Below, piece by piece: positions 32,813-41,283 of a DNA stretch of 57,429 nt. The notes below the pieces were generated by a model that did no database searches, was not told the DNA's origin, and saw nothing but the letters and a program-made list of their open reading frames with translations. How positions within the stretch are numbered: the first letter of the stretch is position 1; each line of letters begins with the position of its first letter. Position numbers and translations under genes: made by a program. The stretch is from positions 1 to 57,429 of the forward strand of contig CAZSSQ010000001.1 in the NCBI GenBank assembly GCA_964609465.1, written 5' to 3'. This DNA is from an uncultured Dehalococcoidia bacterium. Lineage in GTDB: Bacteria > Chloroflexota > Dehalococcoidia > DSTF01 > JALHUB01.

Positions 32813-33917
32813 TAAGGAGACCCTGCTGCTCTCCCCAGGCCTGGCCGTGTCCCTGAGCGTTGGCCGTAGTCCGGGTGAGGGCCGCCAGCGCAGCCAGCCC
32901 CAGCGTGAAGCCGAAGCCCAGGATCAGGGCCCGGACCAGGAGTGCGGAGGCAGCAGCCAGGCTTCGCGGCGCACCAACGATCGCCTGGGTCATGCCCGTG
33001 ATGCTGCCTTCTGTTACTCCCAGCCCTCCTGGTAGCAGGGAGAGGCTCCCGGCAAGCGACGCGACAGGGAAGATGAAGCCGGCCTGGATGAGCAGCTCCC
33101 AGGTCATGGGCCTGCCGAGGCCCACGAGCACCAGGAAGAACGTCAGACACTCCAGCGACCAGGCCACCAGCCCAAGACTGAGAGCCCAGGATAGCCCCGC
33201 CGGCGAGAGGAGAAGGCGCGAGCTTTCGTGGAAGTCCTCCATGGGGGGTAGGAGACGGCGAGCGGGCGGGAACCGTGCCGCGCCCCGGAAGAGTAGCGAA
33301 GCCAGCCCCCGGTGTCGAAGCGCCATGATGGCCACCACGGCCATCACGCCGACAGCCACGAAAACAGCTCTATCCCAGTCGAACAGGACAAGGCCGGTGG
33401 TGGCCAGCAGAAGCATGACGAGGGTATCGGTGATCCGCTCCACCAGGGGTATGGGAGCCGTGCGCGCTACCGGGGCGCCGTATAGCTGGCGCGCGTAGTA
33501 GCTCTTCACCCATTCGCCCACCCGCGCAGGCGTCAGGATCATAGCGGTGCCCGCGAAGAAGACCAGCAGGTCCTGCCATAGGCCTGGGGTCTGGCCGCTG
33601 GCGAGCTGCACCAGCCTCCGCCAGCGTAAGTAGCGCACCAGGTAGTTGAGCGCCGTCAGGCCAAGCAGCGCCGGCATCAGGTTCCACTGGAAGCCGGCGA
33701 GGGTCGCGGAGACGTCTCCGAAATCGGCATAGAGGCCGAGGCCCATCGGCACGGCGAAGGCGGCCAGCAGGGAGAGGAGGAGCGCCCGGCCCCAGGTGAC
33801 TCTGCGCCCTGCGGCGGCGGGTGGCGCGCCAGACGTGATTTCGGCCTGGATCGGCTCGCTCGGCAGGGAGGTCACGTCAACATGAAGGGCGGCCGCGCCG
33901 CGCGGGGACGGGCTCAT
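32787..33917 (-). CDS. Flippase-like membrane protein (lysyl-phosphatidylglycerol synthase TM-region / UPF0104 family)
   Basis: 376 aa polytopic protein. ...LLGLTALNYLVRYLRWRRLV... is typical of this family. Its start overlaps the upstream gene's stop by 4 nt. Confidence 0.65.
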   Translation of the reverse strand: MSPSPRGAAALHVDVTSLPSEPIQAEITSGAPPAAAGRRVTWGRALLLSLLAAFAVPMGLGLYADFGDVSATLAGFQWNLMPALLGLTALNYLVRYLRWRRLVQLASGQTPGLWQDLLVFFAGTAMILTPARVGEWVKSYYARQLYGAPVARTAPIPLVERITDTLVMLLLATTGLVLFDWDRAVFVAVGVMAVVAIMALRHRGLASLLFRGAARFPPARRLLPPMEDFHESSRLLLSPAGLSWALSLGLVAWSLECLTFFLVLVGLGRPMTWELLIQAGFIFPVASLAGSLSLLPGGLGVTEGSITGMTQAIVGAPRSLAAASALLVRALILGFGFTLGLAALAALTRTTANAQGHGQAWGEQQGLLITDRGRYP

Positions 33918-35521
33918 GGCTTCGTTCGCGCTTCCGCCTGGGGGTGACGGAGGATGGCGAACTCCTCGTTCTCCAAGGACAGGTAGAACGTGCTCTTCGA
34001 CAGCAGGGGCTTGAATACTCCGCCGGTCCGTTTGTCGAGAAAGATGTACTCAATCCCGGTCTGCTGGAGGATGTCTTCCACCTCGGACGGCGGCGTCTCC
34101 TCGTCCAGCAATCGACTCGCCAGGTTGGATTGCTCCTTTTCTTCGGTGAAGGAGAGGTAGTCGGGCTCTATGAGGCTGTAGGTGGGGCGCTCGGCGTACC
34201 CCTCTACCCACCAGGCGTAGGACACCCTGCCAATCGACTCGTTGGCGACGACGCGGGCGCCGGGCGGGGTTCGCTCGCGCAGCCAGTCCAGGGCTTCCAG
34301 GGCCGGACCGTCCACTATCTGGTACACGGCCCTTTGGTTCGTGAGACGATCGTGGCCGGAACTGGCTATGACGGTAAGGAGAGCGGCCACTGCCAGGCCC
34401 AGGGAGAGGCGCTCCACCTGCTGGACGGTCACTCTCACCCGAGTCCCGCTGAGGTGTTGCTCGACGGCGGCCACCGGCAGGGCCAGCGACAGCACGACCC
34501 CGGCCTCGATGAGCTGGAAGGTGCGTACTTCGCTGGTGAGGACGAAGCCGAGGAACGGGCCGGCCAGGATGGCCAGGGCGGCCGGCCTGATCCTGCCGGC
34601 CTTCTCGCCGAAGAAGGGCATTAGCGTCAGGGCGCCGGCTATGACGAGCAGGGCCAGCCACAGTGGGCGGTTTTCGAGGAACACGTAGGACGTAACGCTG
34701 CCCATGTCCAGCACACTGAAGTTGCCCGGGTTGGTTGGGTTGCCTTCCATAAGTGCGAGGAAATCGACGTACCAGGGCAGGAAGGGAAGGGTGAAGACGG
34801 CCGCGCCCAGCGCCCAGACCCCGGCGTTGCGGAGGAGCGGTCGTATGCCTGGGCGCTCCTGAATGAACAGCGCCACCCCCAGGACCAAGAGCGTCGGTGC
34901 CATGACCACCAGTGTGAAGTGGTGAGTGCCGGCCACCAGAGCGGTGCTGGCTGCGGCCAGAAGGAGCGGCCGCCGCCCGCCGGAGATGAGGCCGTCCATG
35001 AGCCAGTACACCGTCAGGAGCAGGAAGGTCGTGGCCAGGAGCTGAGGGTAGCCACCGAAGATGAACACCTCCTCCTGGTAACCTGTGAGGAGGAAGGCCA
35101 GGGTGAGAGCGGCGGAGAAGAGGGGTGAACAGCCCCGGCGCAGGATGAGGTAGAACGGTATCCCCATGATGACCGATACTGCGACGCCGAGGACCTTGGT
35201 CGCCACGAGCGCCGGCAGGAAGGTCAGCAGGGCCTTCAAGAGGACCGGGACCACGGGGAAATAGACGGATGCGGCCGCCTTGACGGGGCTGCCGAAGAGC
35301 TCGTGGGTGAAGGCCAGCCAGTTGCCCGGATCGGCGCCGGGCGGTGCTGCCTCGTCGGCAAGCACGATGAAGCGATAGGCGGCGACTCCCACCAGCACGG
35401 CGAGCAGCCCGTAGCGGCTCGGGCTCAGGTACGCCGTCCACCGCCGTCGCGGCGGCTCTGGCGGCGGGCGGTGCCCGTTGGGAATGGCAGACCGCCCTTT
35501 CTTCCTTGATCTCCGGCTCAT
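33914..35521 (-). CDS. GT-C-fold-like polytopic membrane glycosyltransferase candidate with a C-terminal soluble domain
   Basis: 535 aa with about 11-13 predicted TM helices by eye. It has an acidic first loop (GADPGNWLAF) and a GYQEEV loop. After the last TM helix comes ALEALDWLRERTPPGARVVANESIGRVSYAWWVEGYAERPTY, which resembles the STT3/AglB/PglB context around WWDYG. Confidence 0.5.
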   Translation of the reverse strand: MSRRSRKKGRSAIPNGHRPPPEPPRRRWTAYLSPSRYGLLAVLVGVAAYRFIVLADEAAPPGADPGNWLAFTHELFGSPVKAAASVYFPVVPVLLKALLTFLPALVATKVLGVAVSVIMGIPFYLILRRGCSPLFSAALTLAFLLTGYQEEVFIFGGYPQLLATTFLLLTVYWLMDGLISGGRRPLLLAAASTALVAGTHHFTLVVMAPTLLVLGVALFIQERPGIRPLLRNAGVWALGAAVFTLPFLPWYVDFLALMEGNPTNPGNFSVLDMGSVTSYVFLENRPLWLALLVIAGALTLMPFFGEKAGRIRPAALAILAGPFLGFVLTSEVRTFQLIEAGVVLSLALPVAAVEQHLSGTRVRVTVQQVERLSLGLAVAALLTVIASSGHDRLTNQRAVYQIVDGPALEALDWLRERTPPGARVVANESIGRVSYAWWVEGYAERPTYSLIEPDYLSFTEEKEQSNLASRLLDEETPPSEVEDILQQTGIEYIFLDKRTGGVFKPLLSKSTFYLSLENEEFAILRHPQAEARTKP

Positions 35522-36621
35522 ATCCTGCTGACAACCTTCAAGCTGACCCCTTGCGCATCATCAGGAGCCGGCGTCCGTCCGTTAGACGGACTGGCCTGCT
35601 CCAGGATCGATTGCATGGTCTGCACCACAGCCAGGCCCTCTTCCGGCGGCACCGGCAGGGGGCTGCCGTCAATGATGCTGTCGACGAAGCGGCGAACCAG
35701 CGTCTCGTGGCCGTAGAACAGCCGCCCCGTCGAGAAGAGAGCGCCGGAGGTCACGAAGCCCGCCAGCCCCTGCCAGAAGGCCCTGAGGGAGCTCCTCAAC
35801 ACGTCGCCGGTGCCGTGGGCGCCGTCGGGGCGCTGGACCACCAGGATGTCCCGGAAGATGTCCAGCACCAGGACCCGCCGCTCACCGACCACCGCCAGAA
35901 GCCACTCGGAGACGGGGGAGCGGAAGGACATGCTGAGGGCGGCGCTGCCTCGGGTGCCCCGGAGCCGGGCTTCCACCCGGTCCAGCGTCTGGGCGACGCC
36001 CGGCGGGGCTGCCTGGCCCCAGGCCTGCTGCACGGACAGGTCGCCCAGGAAGCGGCGCAGGAGGTAGATCATGTGCGGCGACTCGTCGAAGAAGAGGCCG
36101 CCGGGTAGGTCCGGGTACCAGCTTGGCAGCCGCCTCTGCGGGCTGCTGAGCTGAAGGGCGATCGCGTGCTGCACCTCTCCCACCTCGCCGCGCTCCAGAA
36201 GGAGCAGCGCCCTGCGCATGGAGCGCGAGAAGAGGAAGTTGTGGGCGATGCAGAGGTTGACGCCGGCCTCTCTTGCCGCCTCCACCATCTGCGAGGCCTC
36301 CTCGGCGGACATGGCCATGGGCTTCTCCACCAGGACGTGGCAGCCGCGGCGCAGCGCCTCGATGGCCAGAGGGGCGTGCGTCCAGGGCGGTGTGCAGATC
36401 GCCACCACGTCCAGGCCGTGGGCCAGGAAGTCCGATAGCTGGCCATACGTATGAGGTATGTGGCAGCGCTGAGCGACCTCGCGGGCCCTCTCGGGGGCTG
36501 GGTCCAGCAAAGCTTCCACGCGGACGCGGCCGTCGCGCTGGAAGGACGGGATATGGCGGGCGGTTGCCACCCAGCCCGCTCCAATCACTCCAACGGTGAG
36601 AGGTTTCCTTGGCTCAGTCAT
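35518..36621 (-). CDS. Gfo/Idh/MocA-family NAD(P)-dependent oxidoreductase (sugar-nucleotide dehydrogenase-like)
   Basis: The N-terminal Rossmann motif is LTVGVIGAGWVATARHIPSF, followed by a conserved EKP motif (HVLVEKPMA). Confidence 0.85.
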   Translation of the reverse strand: MTEPRKPLTVGVIGAGWVATARHIPSFQRDGRVRVEALLDPAPERAREVAQRCHIPHTYGQLSDFLAHGLDVVAICTPPWTHAPLAIEALRRGCHVLVEKPMAMSAEEASQMVEAAREAGVNLCIAHNFLFSRSMRRALLLLERGEVGEVQHAIALQLSSPQRRLPSWYPDLPGGLFFDESPHMIYLLRRFLGDLSVQQAWGQAAPPGVAQTLDRVEARLRGTRGSAALSMSFRSPVSEWLLAVVGERRVLVLDIFRDILVVQRPDGAHGTGDVLRSSLRAFWQGLAGFVTSGALFSTGRLFYGHETLVRRFVDSIIDGSPLPVPPEEGLAVVQTMQSILEQASPSNGRTPAPDDAQGVSLKVVSRI

Positions 36622-36633
36622 GCTGGGTCTCTC

Positions 36634-37839
36634 CTAAGCTGCTCTGGCCAGTTTCTCTGCTGCTGCCGGCTCCTCTGTCGCCGTCGGCAGAAGCTCCCTG
36701 TACACGGCCAGAGTCTTCGCGGCGACAGCGTCCCAACCGTAGCCGCGCTCCACGAAGCGGCGCGCGCTCCTGCCTTGCGCCTCGCGCATAGATTCGTCCT
36801 CCATCAAGCGGAGGATGGCCCGCGCCAGCGAGGCCGGGTCGGCCGGCCGCACGAAAAGGCCGTTCTCGCCGTGGTGCACCAGCTCCGCTGTGCCGGAGAC
36901 CGGCGTTGCCACCACGGGCAGTCCGCAGGCCATCGCCTCCAGGACCGTCAGGGGCATCCCTTCCAGCAGGGAGGGGCGCGCGAGCATGTCACAGGTTCGC
37001 AGGATGTCGGCCACATCGTGCCGGGTCCCCAGGAACGTCAGCCGGTGGCTGACCCCGAGCTGCCGCGCCCGCTCTTCCAGATGAGGCCGCAGGGGCCCGT
37101 CGCCGACAAAGACGAACTCCGCCTCCGGGTGTGCGCGCAGGACATCGGGCGCGGCCTCCACCAGGTATTGCGGGCCCTTGTTGAAGATGAGACGGCCGAC
37201 GCAGGCGACCCTGAAGGTGCCGTTCTCCCGTCCCGCGCCAGGGCGGAACTGCTGCACGTCAACGCCGTTGGCGATGACCCGCACCGCCTCCGGTCGGGCG
37301 CCCAGATGAACGGCGTGCCCGGCGACGGCGTTGCTCACGGCGATGAGGCGGTCGCTGCTGCGGACGATGGCCCGTCCCAGGGTTCGTTCATAGGTCGAGG
37401 CGAGAAGCAGCGAAGGCCCGCCGAGCTGTCGCAGGGATCCGAGGTGCAGGGTGGTCACCAGGGGCCTCTTCAGGAGGTGTCGGAGGAGGACGGCGGCCGC
37501 GGCGGAAGAGAAGAACAGGTTGTGAGCGTGGAGGATGTCGGGCGGATGAGAGCGGGCCAGCCGCCAGGCCAGGGGCAGGAGCCCGGGCGAGAGGGAGGCC
37601 TGCATGCGGGTGAAGCGGGTCAGTTGAATGGCAGGGGCGCGGTAGATGCGAACGCCGTCCACCACCTCGCAGGCGGGCGCCCGGTCGGTGTTGAAGGTGA
37701 ACACCCGCAGAGTGTGTCCCTGTCGGGCGAGGCGATGGCAGACCTCATCGACGACACGCTCTACACCGCCTCCAAGGTGGGGCGGGAAGTAGTCGGTGAA
37801 CACGTCGATCTTCAGGGGCTTCGGCGTTGTGGCGTCCAT
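36634..37839 (-). CDS. Glycosyltransferase family 4
   Basis: The N-terminus reads FTDYFPPHLGGGVERVV. The C-terminus reads RPSLLEGMPLTVLEAMACGLPVVATPVSGTAELV. Confidence 0.85.
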   Translation of the reverse strand: MDATTPKPLKIDVFTDYFPPHLGGGVERVVDEVCHRLARQGHTLRVFTFNTDRAPACEVVDGVRIYRAPAIQLTRFTRMQASLSPGLLPLAWRLARSHPPDILHAHNLFFSSAAAAVLLRHLLKRPLVTTLHLGSLRQLGGPSLLLASTYERTLGRAIVRSSDRLIAVSNAVAGHAVHLGARPEAVRVIANGVDVQQFRPGAGRENGTFRVACVGRLIFNKGPQYLVEAAPDVLRAHPEAEFVFVGDGPLRPHLEERARQLGVSHRLTFLGTRHDVADILRTCDMLARPSLLEGMPLTVLEAMACGLPVVATPVSGTAELVHHGENGLFVRPADPASLARAILRLMEDESMREAQGRSARRFVERGYGWDAVAAKTLAVYRELLPTATEEPAAAEKLARAA

Positions 37840-37891
37840 GCCCTCCGGGTGGTTCCTTCCGCTCCATCAGGCCCGGCTGCCCGGGCGGTGC

Positions 37892-39103
37892 CTACTTCGA
37901 GCCGTTCAGCAGGCTGGCTAGAAAGCCGGCCAGCCCGAGATTGCCTGCGCTCAGGATGACCGCCTGGGCGACGGCAGCGAGCCCCAGTCTGTTGGGGACG
38001 GCGGCGGCGGACACGTCCTCCGCCAGCAGGAAGATGTCGAGGCCGATGCCAACGGCGACGAGAGCGGCCGCGCCAACCATGACCACCTCGAAGCGCAGCG
38101 CACGGCTCGCCAGCGCGTGGACGAGGTCGGGCTGGGTAACGCCGATCGAGGTGGTGTAGAGGTGGGCCACGCCGCTGAACAGGAGGGCGTTGATCCCCAG
38201 GACCAGCAGGATGGAGCCGGCAAACACCGGCTGCCACTCCAGAGTACCGATAACGATGCCCCGGGAGGAGGCCAGACCCAGCGCCAAGACGAGCGCCCCC
38301 GCGAGTGTGAGCAGGACGCCGGGAACCGTGTACAGGAAGTGGGGGGTGGTCAGCAGCAGGAAGCGCAGGTGGCGCCAGCCGTCCCGAAACGTCCTCAGCT
38401 TCGCTTCGCCGACGCGCGGATAGTATGGTATGGGGACCTCTGCCAGGCGCAGGCCCTTTCGGGATGCCTTGAGGATCATCTCCGAGGCAAACTCCATGCC
38501 CGGCGTATGCACCTCCAGCCGCTCGAAGGCGACCCGCGTGAAGGCCCGGAGGCCGCACTGGCTGTCGCCGAGCCGGGCGCCGCTGCAAAGGCGAAGCAGG
38601 AGGGTGATGATGGGCGTGCCTAGGCGCCGGTGGCTCCAGGTCATGGCGCCGGGGACGATCCCCCCCTTGTAGCGGTTGCCGACCACGATGTCGGCGCCGT
38701 TGTCTAGGGCGCTGATGAAGGGGTCCAGATTCGAGTAGTCGTAGGTGTCGTCGCCGTCGCCCATGACGACGTAGCGGCTACGCGACTCGGCGATGCCTCG
38801 CAGCAACGCGCTGCCATAGCCGCGGCGCGCCTCGCGAACCACTCTCGCCCCCGCTCGCGCGGCCCGGCGGACCGAGCCGTCCTGGGAGCCGTTGTCGACG
38901 ACGATGACCTCCCCGCTGAGCCCTGAGCGCTGAAGCCAGCGACGGGCCTTGCTCACGCAGACGCCTATCGAATCCTCTTCATCGAGGCAGGGTATTACGA
39001 TGGAGACATCGAAGAGGCCCGCATCGCGCTCGCTTTCCTGAAAAGAAGGCGATTCGGGCCCCGTGGCGGGGAGCCTGGCGATAGCCTCCGTTGCTTTCGC
39101 CAT
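37892..39103 (-). CDS. Glycosyltransferase family 2, polyprenyl/dolichyl-phosphate glycosyltransferase-like, with a C-terminal 4-TM domain
   Basis: The sequence VSIVIPCLDEEDSI...VIVVDNGSQDGS...GYGSALLRGI...VVMGDGDDTYD (DxD) is followed by hydrophobic helices. Confidence 0.85.
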   Translation of the reverse strand: MAKATEAIARLPATGPESPSFQESERDAGLFDVSIVIPCLDEEDSIGVCVSKARRWLQRSGLSGEVIVVDNGSQDGSVRRAARAGARVVREARRGYGSALLRGIAESRSRYVVMGDGDDTYDYSNLDPFISALDNGADIVVGNRYKGGIVPGAMTWSHRRLGTPIITLLLRLCSGARLGDSQCGLRAFTRVAFERLEVHTPGMEFASEMILKASRKGLRLAEVPIPYYPRVGEAKLRTFRDGWRHLRFLLLTTPHFLYTVPGVLLTLAGALVLALGLASSRGIVIGTLEWQPVFAGSILLVLGINALLFSGVAHLYTTSIGVTQPDLVHALASRALRFEVVMVGAAALVAVGIGLDIFLLAEDVSAAAVPNRLGLAAVAQAVILSAGNLGLAGFLASLLNGSK

Positions 39104-39441
39104 ACGTCCTCCTGCTCAGGTAGATGTTCGGTGGAGGTAGGCCGCGCGACATAGGTGTTTCCCCCTATCTGGGGGCGCGAAACCCTGTACGGAGCGCGGC
39201 CTGCCGGCCCGCCACTGGCGGCAGGAGGCGGCCAGGCTGAGGCTGGGTGCTGACCTGGGGGGAGCTGTGATGGCGGCCGGAGGCGGCTGGCGCCGCTCTG
39301 AGGCCGCCACCGCGGTTCGCCTGCCGACTGCGGCGAAGCTGGACTTGATGTAGACTATCCTAGCGGCTGTAGGGGGATCCTTGTGAAGCAAGCGGGCTCA
39401 TCGCGCACGCTTCCGGCGTTTCCAGGGCAGGAGCCTTCACG

Positions 39442-40542
39442 ATGGGGCTGAAAGAGATCCAGCGGCGCAAGTTCCAGTTTGCGCTGATCGCCCTTGTGGT
39501 GGCGCTCATCTCCTACCTCGTGCTCATGATCAACGGCCTCGGCATCGGCCTGAATGAGCAGGCAGGAAGCGCCCTGCGAAAACTGGATGCGGATGCCCTC
39601 GCCTATGCGAAGAGCAGTGATTTGAGCGTCATCCGCTCGGAGCTGTCCGCCGAGACAATCGACGAGCTCAGCCGGCTCGATGGTGTGTCAGGGTCGGCGC
39701 CGCTGGGATACGTCGGCGTGAACACCCGGGATTCCAAGAGCGACATCACGCCCGCCGCCCTCCTCGGCTATGAGCCCGGCTCCCTCGCCGAGCCGCAGGT
39801 CACAGGGGGCAGGACGCTCACCCCTGAGGACCAGCGCGGGCTGCTGGCCGACGCCGCCTTCTTAAAGGCCTCGGGCCTCTCCGTCGGCGATCGGGTCGTG
39901 GTGCCGTCGCGGCTCGAAGACTTCGAATTCACCATCGTCGGCGAGGTCGATGAGGGCTACTTCTTCTTTCAACCGGTGGTCTACGTGCTCCTCGATAGCT
40001 GGCGAGAGGTGAAGTACGGCTCCGCCGATCCCAGTCTGCCTGCGGCCAGCATTGCTTTGCTGAAAGGCCGGGACCTGGTCGGCAGGGCGACGGACAGTTA
40101 CGAGGTCGTCTCTAAGGGTACGGCGTTCGCCAACATCGAGGGCGTGCAAGGCCAGCAAGCGACGGTGAACGCGCTGAGGGCCTTCGGCTTCCTTATCGGT
40201 GGCCTCGTCATCGGCATCTTCTTCTACGTGCTCACCATGCAGAAGGTGGCGCAGATCGGGCTGCTCAAGGCCCTCGGCGCCGGCAGCGCCTACATCTTCC
40301 GCCAGTTGCTCATGCAGGTGCTGACGGTGACGGTGCTCGGTGTAGCCGTCTCCGTGCCCCTTGCCTACGCGACGGGCGCGGCGCTGGAGCGGCTTCCAAG
40401 GACAGTGCCCATCGCGTTTACGGGAGACACCTTTGTTGTGACATCGCTCTTGCTCGTGGCGACCGGGATCATCGGGGCGCTGTTCTCCGTTCGCCAGTTG
40501 GCCCGCGTCGACCCCATCATCGCACTCGGTCAGCAGCAGTAG
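39442..40542 (+). CDS. ABC transporter permease, FtsX/MacB-like
   Basis: 366 aa with one N-terminal TM helix, a large extracytoplasmic domain, and a C-terminal FtsX 3-TM bundle (LKALGAGSAYIFRQLLMQ). Confidence 0.85.
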   Translation: MGLKEIQRRKFQFALIALVVALISYLVLMINGLGIGLNEQAGSALRKLDADALAYAKSSDLSVIRSELSAETIDELSRLDGVSGSAPLGYVGVNTRDSKSDITPAALLGYEPGSLAEPQVTGGRTLTPEDQRGLLADAAFLKASGLSVGDRVVVPSRLEDFEFTIVGEVDEGYFFFQPVVYVLLDSWREVKYGSADPSLPAASIALLKGRDLVGRATDSYEVVSKGTAFANIEGVQGQQATVNALRAFGFLIGGLVIGIFFYVLTMQKVAQIGLLKALGAGSAYIFRQLLMQVLTVTVLGVAVSVPLAYATGAALERLPRTVPIAFTGDTFVVTSLLLVATGIIGALFSVRQLARVDPIIALGQQQ

Positions 40543-40543
40543 G

Positions 40544-41251
40544 ATGAGCGCAACGCTGGCAGTGACGGCCCTCAACAAAACGTACGGCAGCGGTGCGCTG
40601 GCGGTGCATGCCGTGCGCGATGTGAGCTTTGCAACGCAGCCCGGCGACTTCATCGCTATCGTAGGTCCTTCGGGTTCCGGCAAGACGACGCTGCTGGCCA
40701 TGATCGGCGGGCTGCTCACGCCGTCGAGTGGCGGCATCAGGGTCAATGACCGGGAGATCACCCGCCTCTCCTCTGCCGAGCGGGCGGCGTACCGCCGTGA
40801 CGCGGTCGGCTTCGTCTTTCAGACGAACAATCTCATCCCGTTCCTGACGGCCCGTGAGAACCTGCTCATCATGAACGAGATCGGCTCAGGACGCCGCCGT
40901 GCGGCCGCCGACCGGGCGGGTCGGCTGCTCGAGGAACTTGGGCTTACGTCCCGCGCCAATGCCCTCGCGACTGAGTTGTCGGGCGGCGAGCGTCAGCGCG
41001 TTGCCATCGGCCGCGCCCTTATGCGGGACCCTCTCTTGGTTCTCGTCGACGAGCCCACGGCCAACCTGGATTCTGAGCAGGGAGAGCGCGTCGTCCGATC
41101 CCTCATGGCCGAGGTGAAGGCCCGCGACAAGCTGGGGCTCATGGTGAGCCATGACGTGAGGATGGCTGCCCTAGCCGACGTGATCCTGGAGATGCGCGAC
41201 GGTCACCTCACGCGACGGGAACGCCGGGAGATGACACCCGCCGGCGGGTAG
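40544..41251 (+). CDS. ABC transporter ATP-binding protein (MacB/LolD-like)
   Basis: Walker A is GPSGSGKTT, the signature is LSGGERQRVAIGRAL and Walker B is LVLVDEPT. The start lies 1 nt after the permease stop. Confidence 0.9.
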   Translation: MSATLAVTALNKTYGSGALAVHAVRDVSFATQPGDFIAIVGPSGSGKTTLLAMIGGLLTPSSGGIRVNDREITRLSSAERAAYRRDAVGFVFQTNNLIPFLTARENLLIMNEIGSGRRRAAADRAGRLLEELGLTSRANALATELSGGERQRVAIGRALMRDPLLVLVDEPTANLDSEQGERVVRSLMAEVKARDKLGLMVSHDVRMAALADVILEMRDGHLTRRERREMTPAGG

Positions 41252-41283
41252 GCGGGCGTTGACAGGCTCCCCTGTCCATCCAC

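Noticed and set aside
34050-35534. 494-aa minus-strand ORF in another frame of the GT-C membrane protein gene
   Set aside because: The frame is Arg/Pro/Gly-rich and has none of the hydrophobic helix periodicity seen in the competing frame (33914-35521). That competing frame also couples by overlap to both of its neighbours.
36451-37959. 502-aa plus-strand ORF
   Set aside because: It lies antisense to the GT4 gene (36634-37839), which has clear motifs. This is a high-GC artefact.
39116-39391. 91-aa minus-strand ORF in the 338-nt divergent spacer between the GT2 gene and the ABC permease
   Set aside because: It is Ala/Arg/Pro-rich, has no SD sequence and lies within a probable divergent promoter region.
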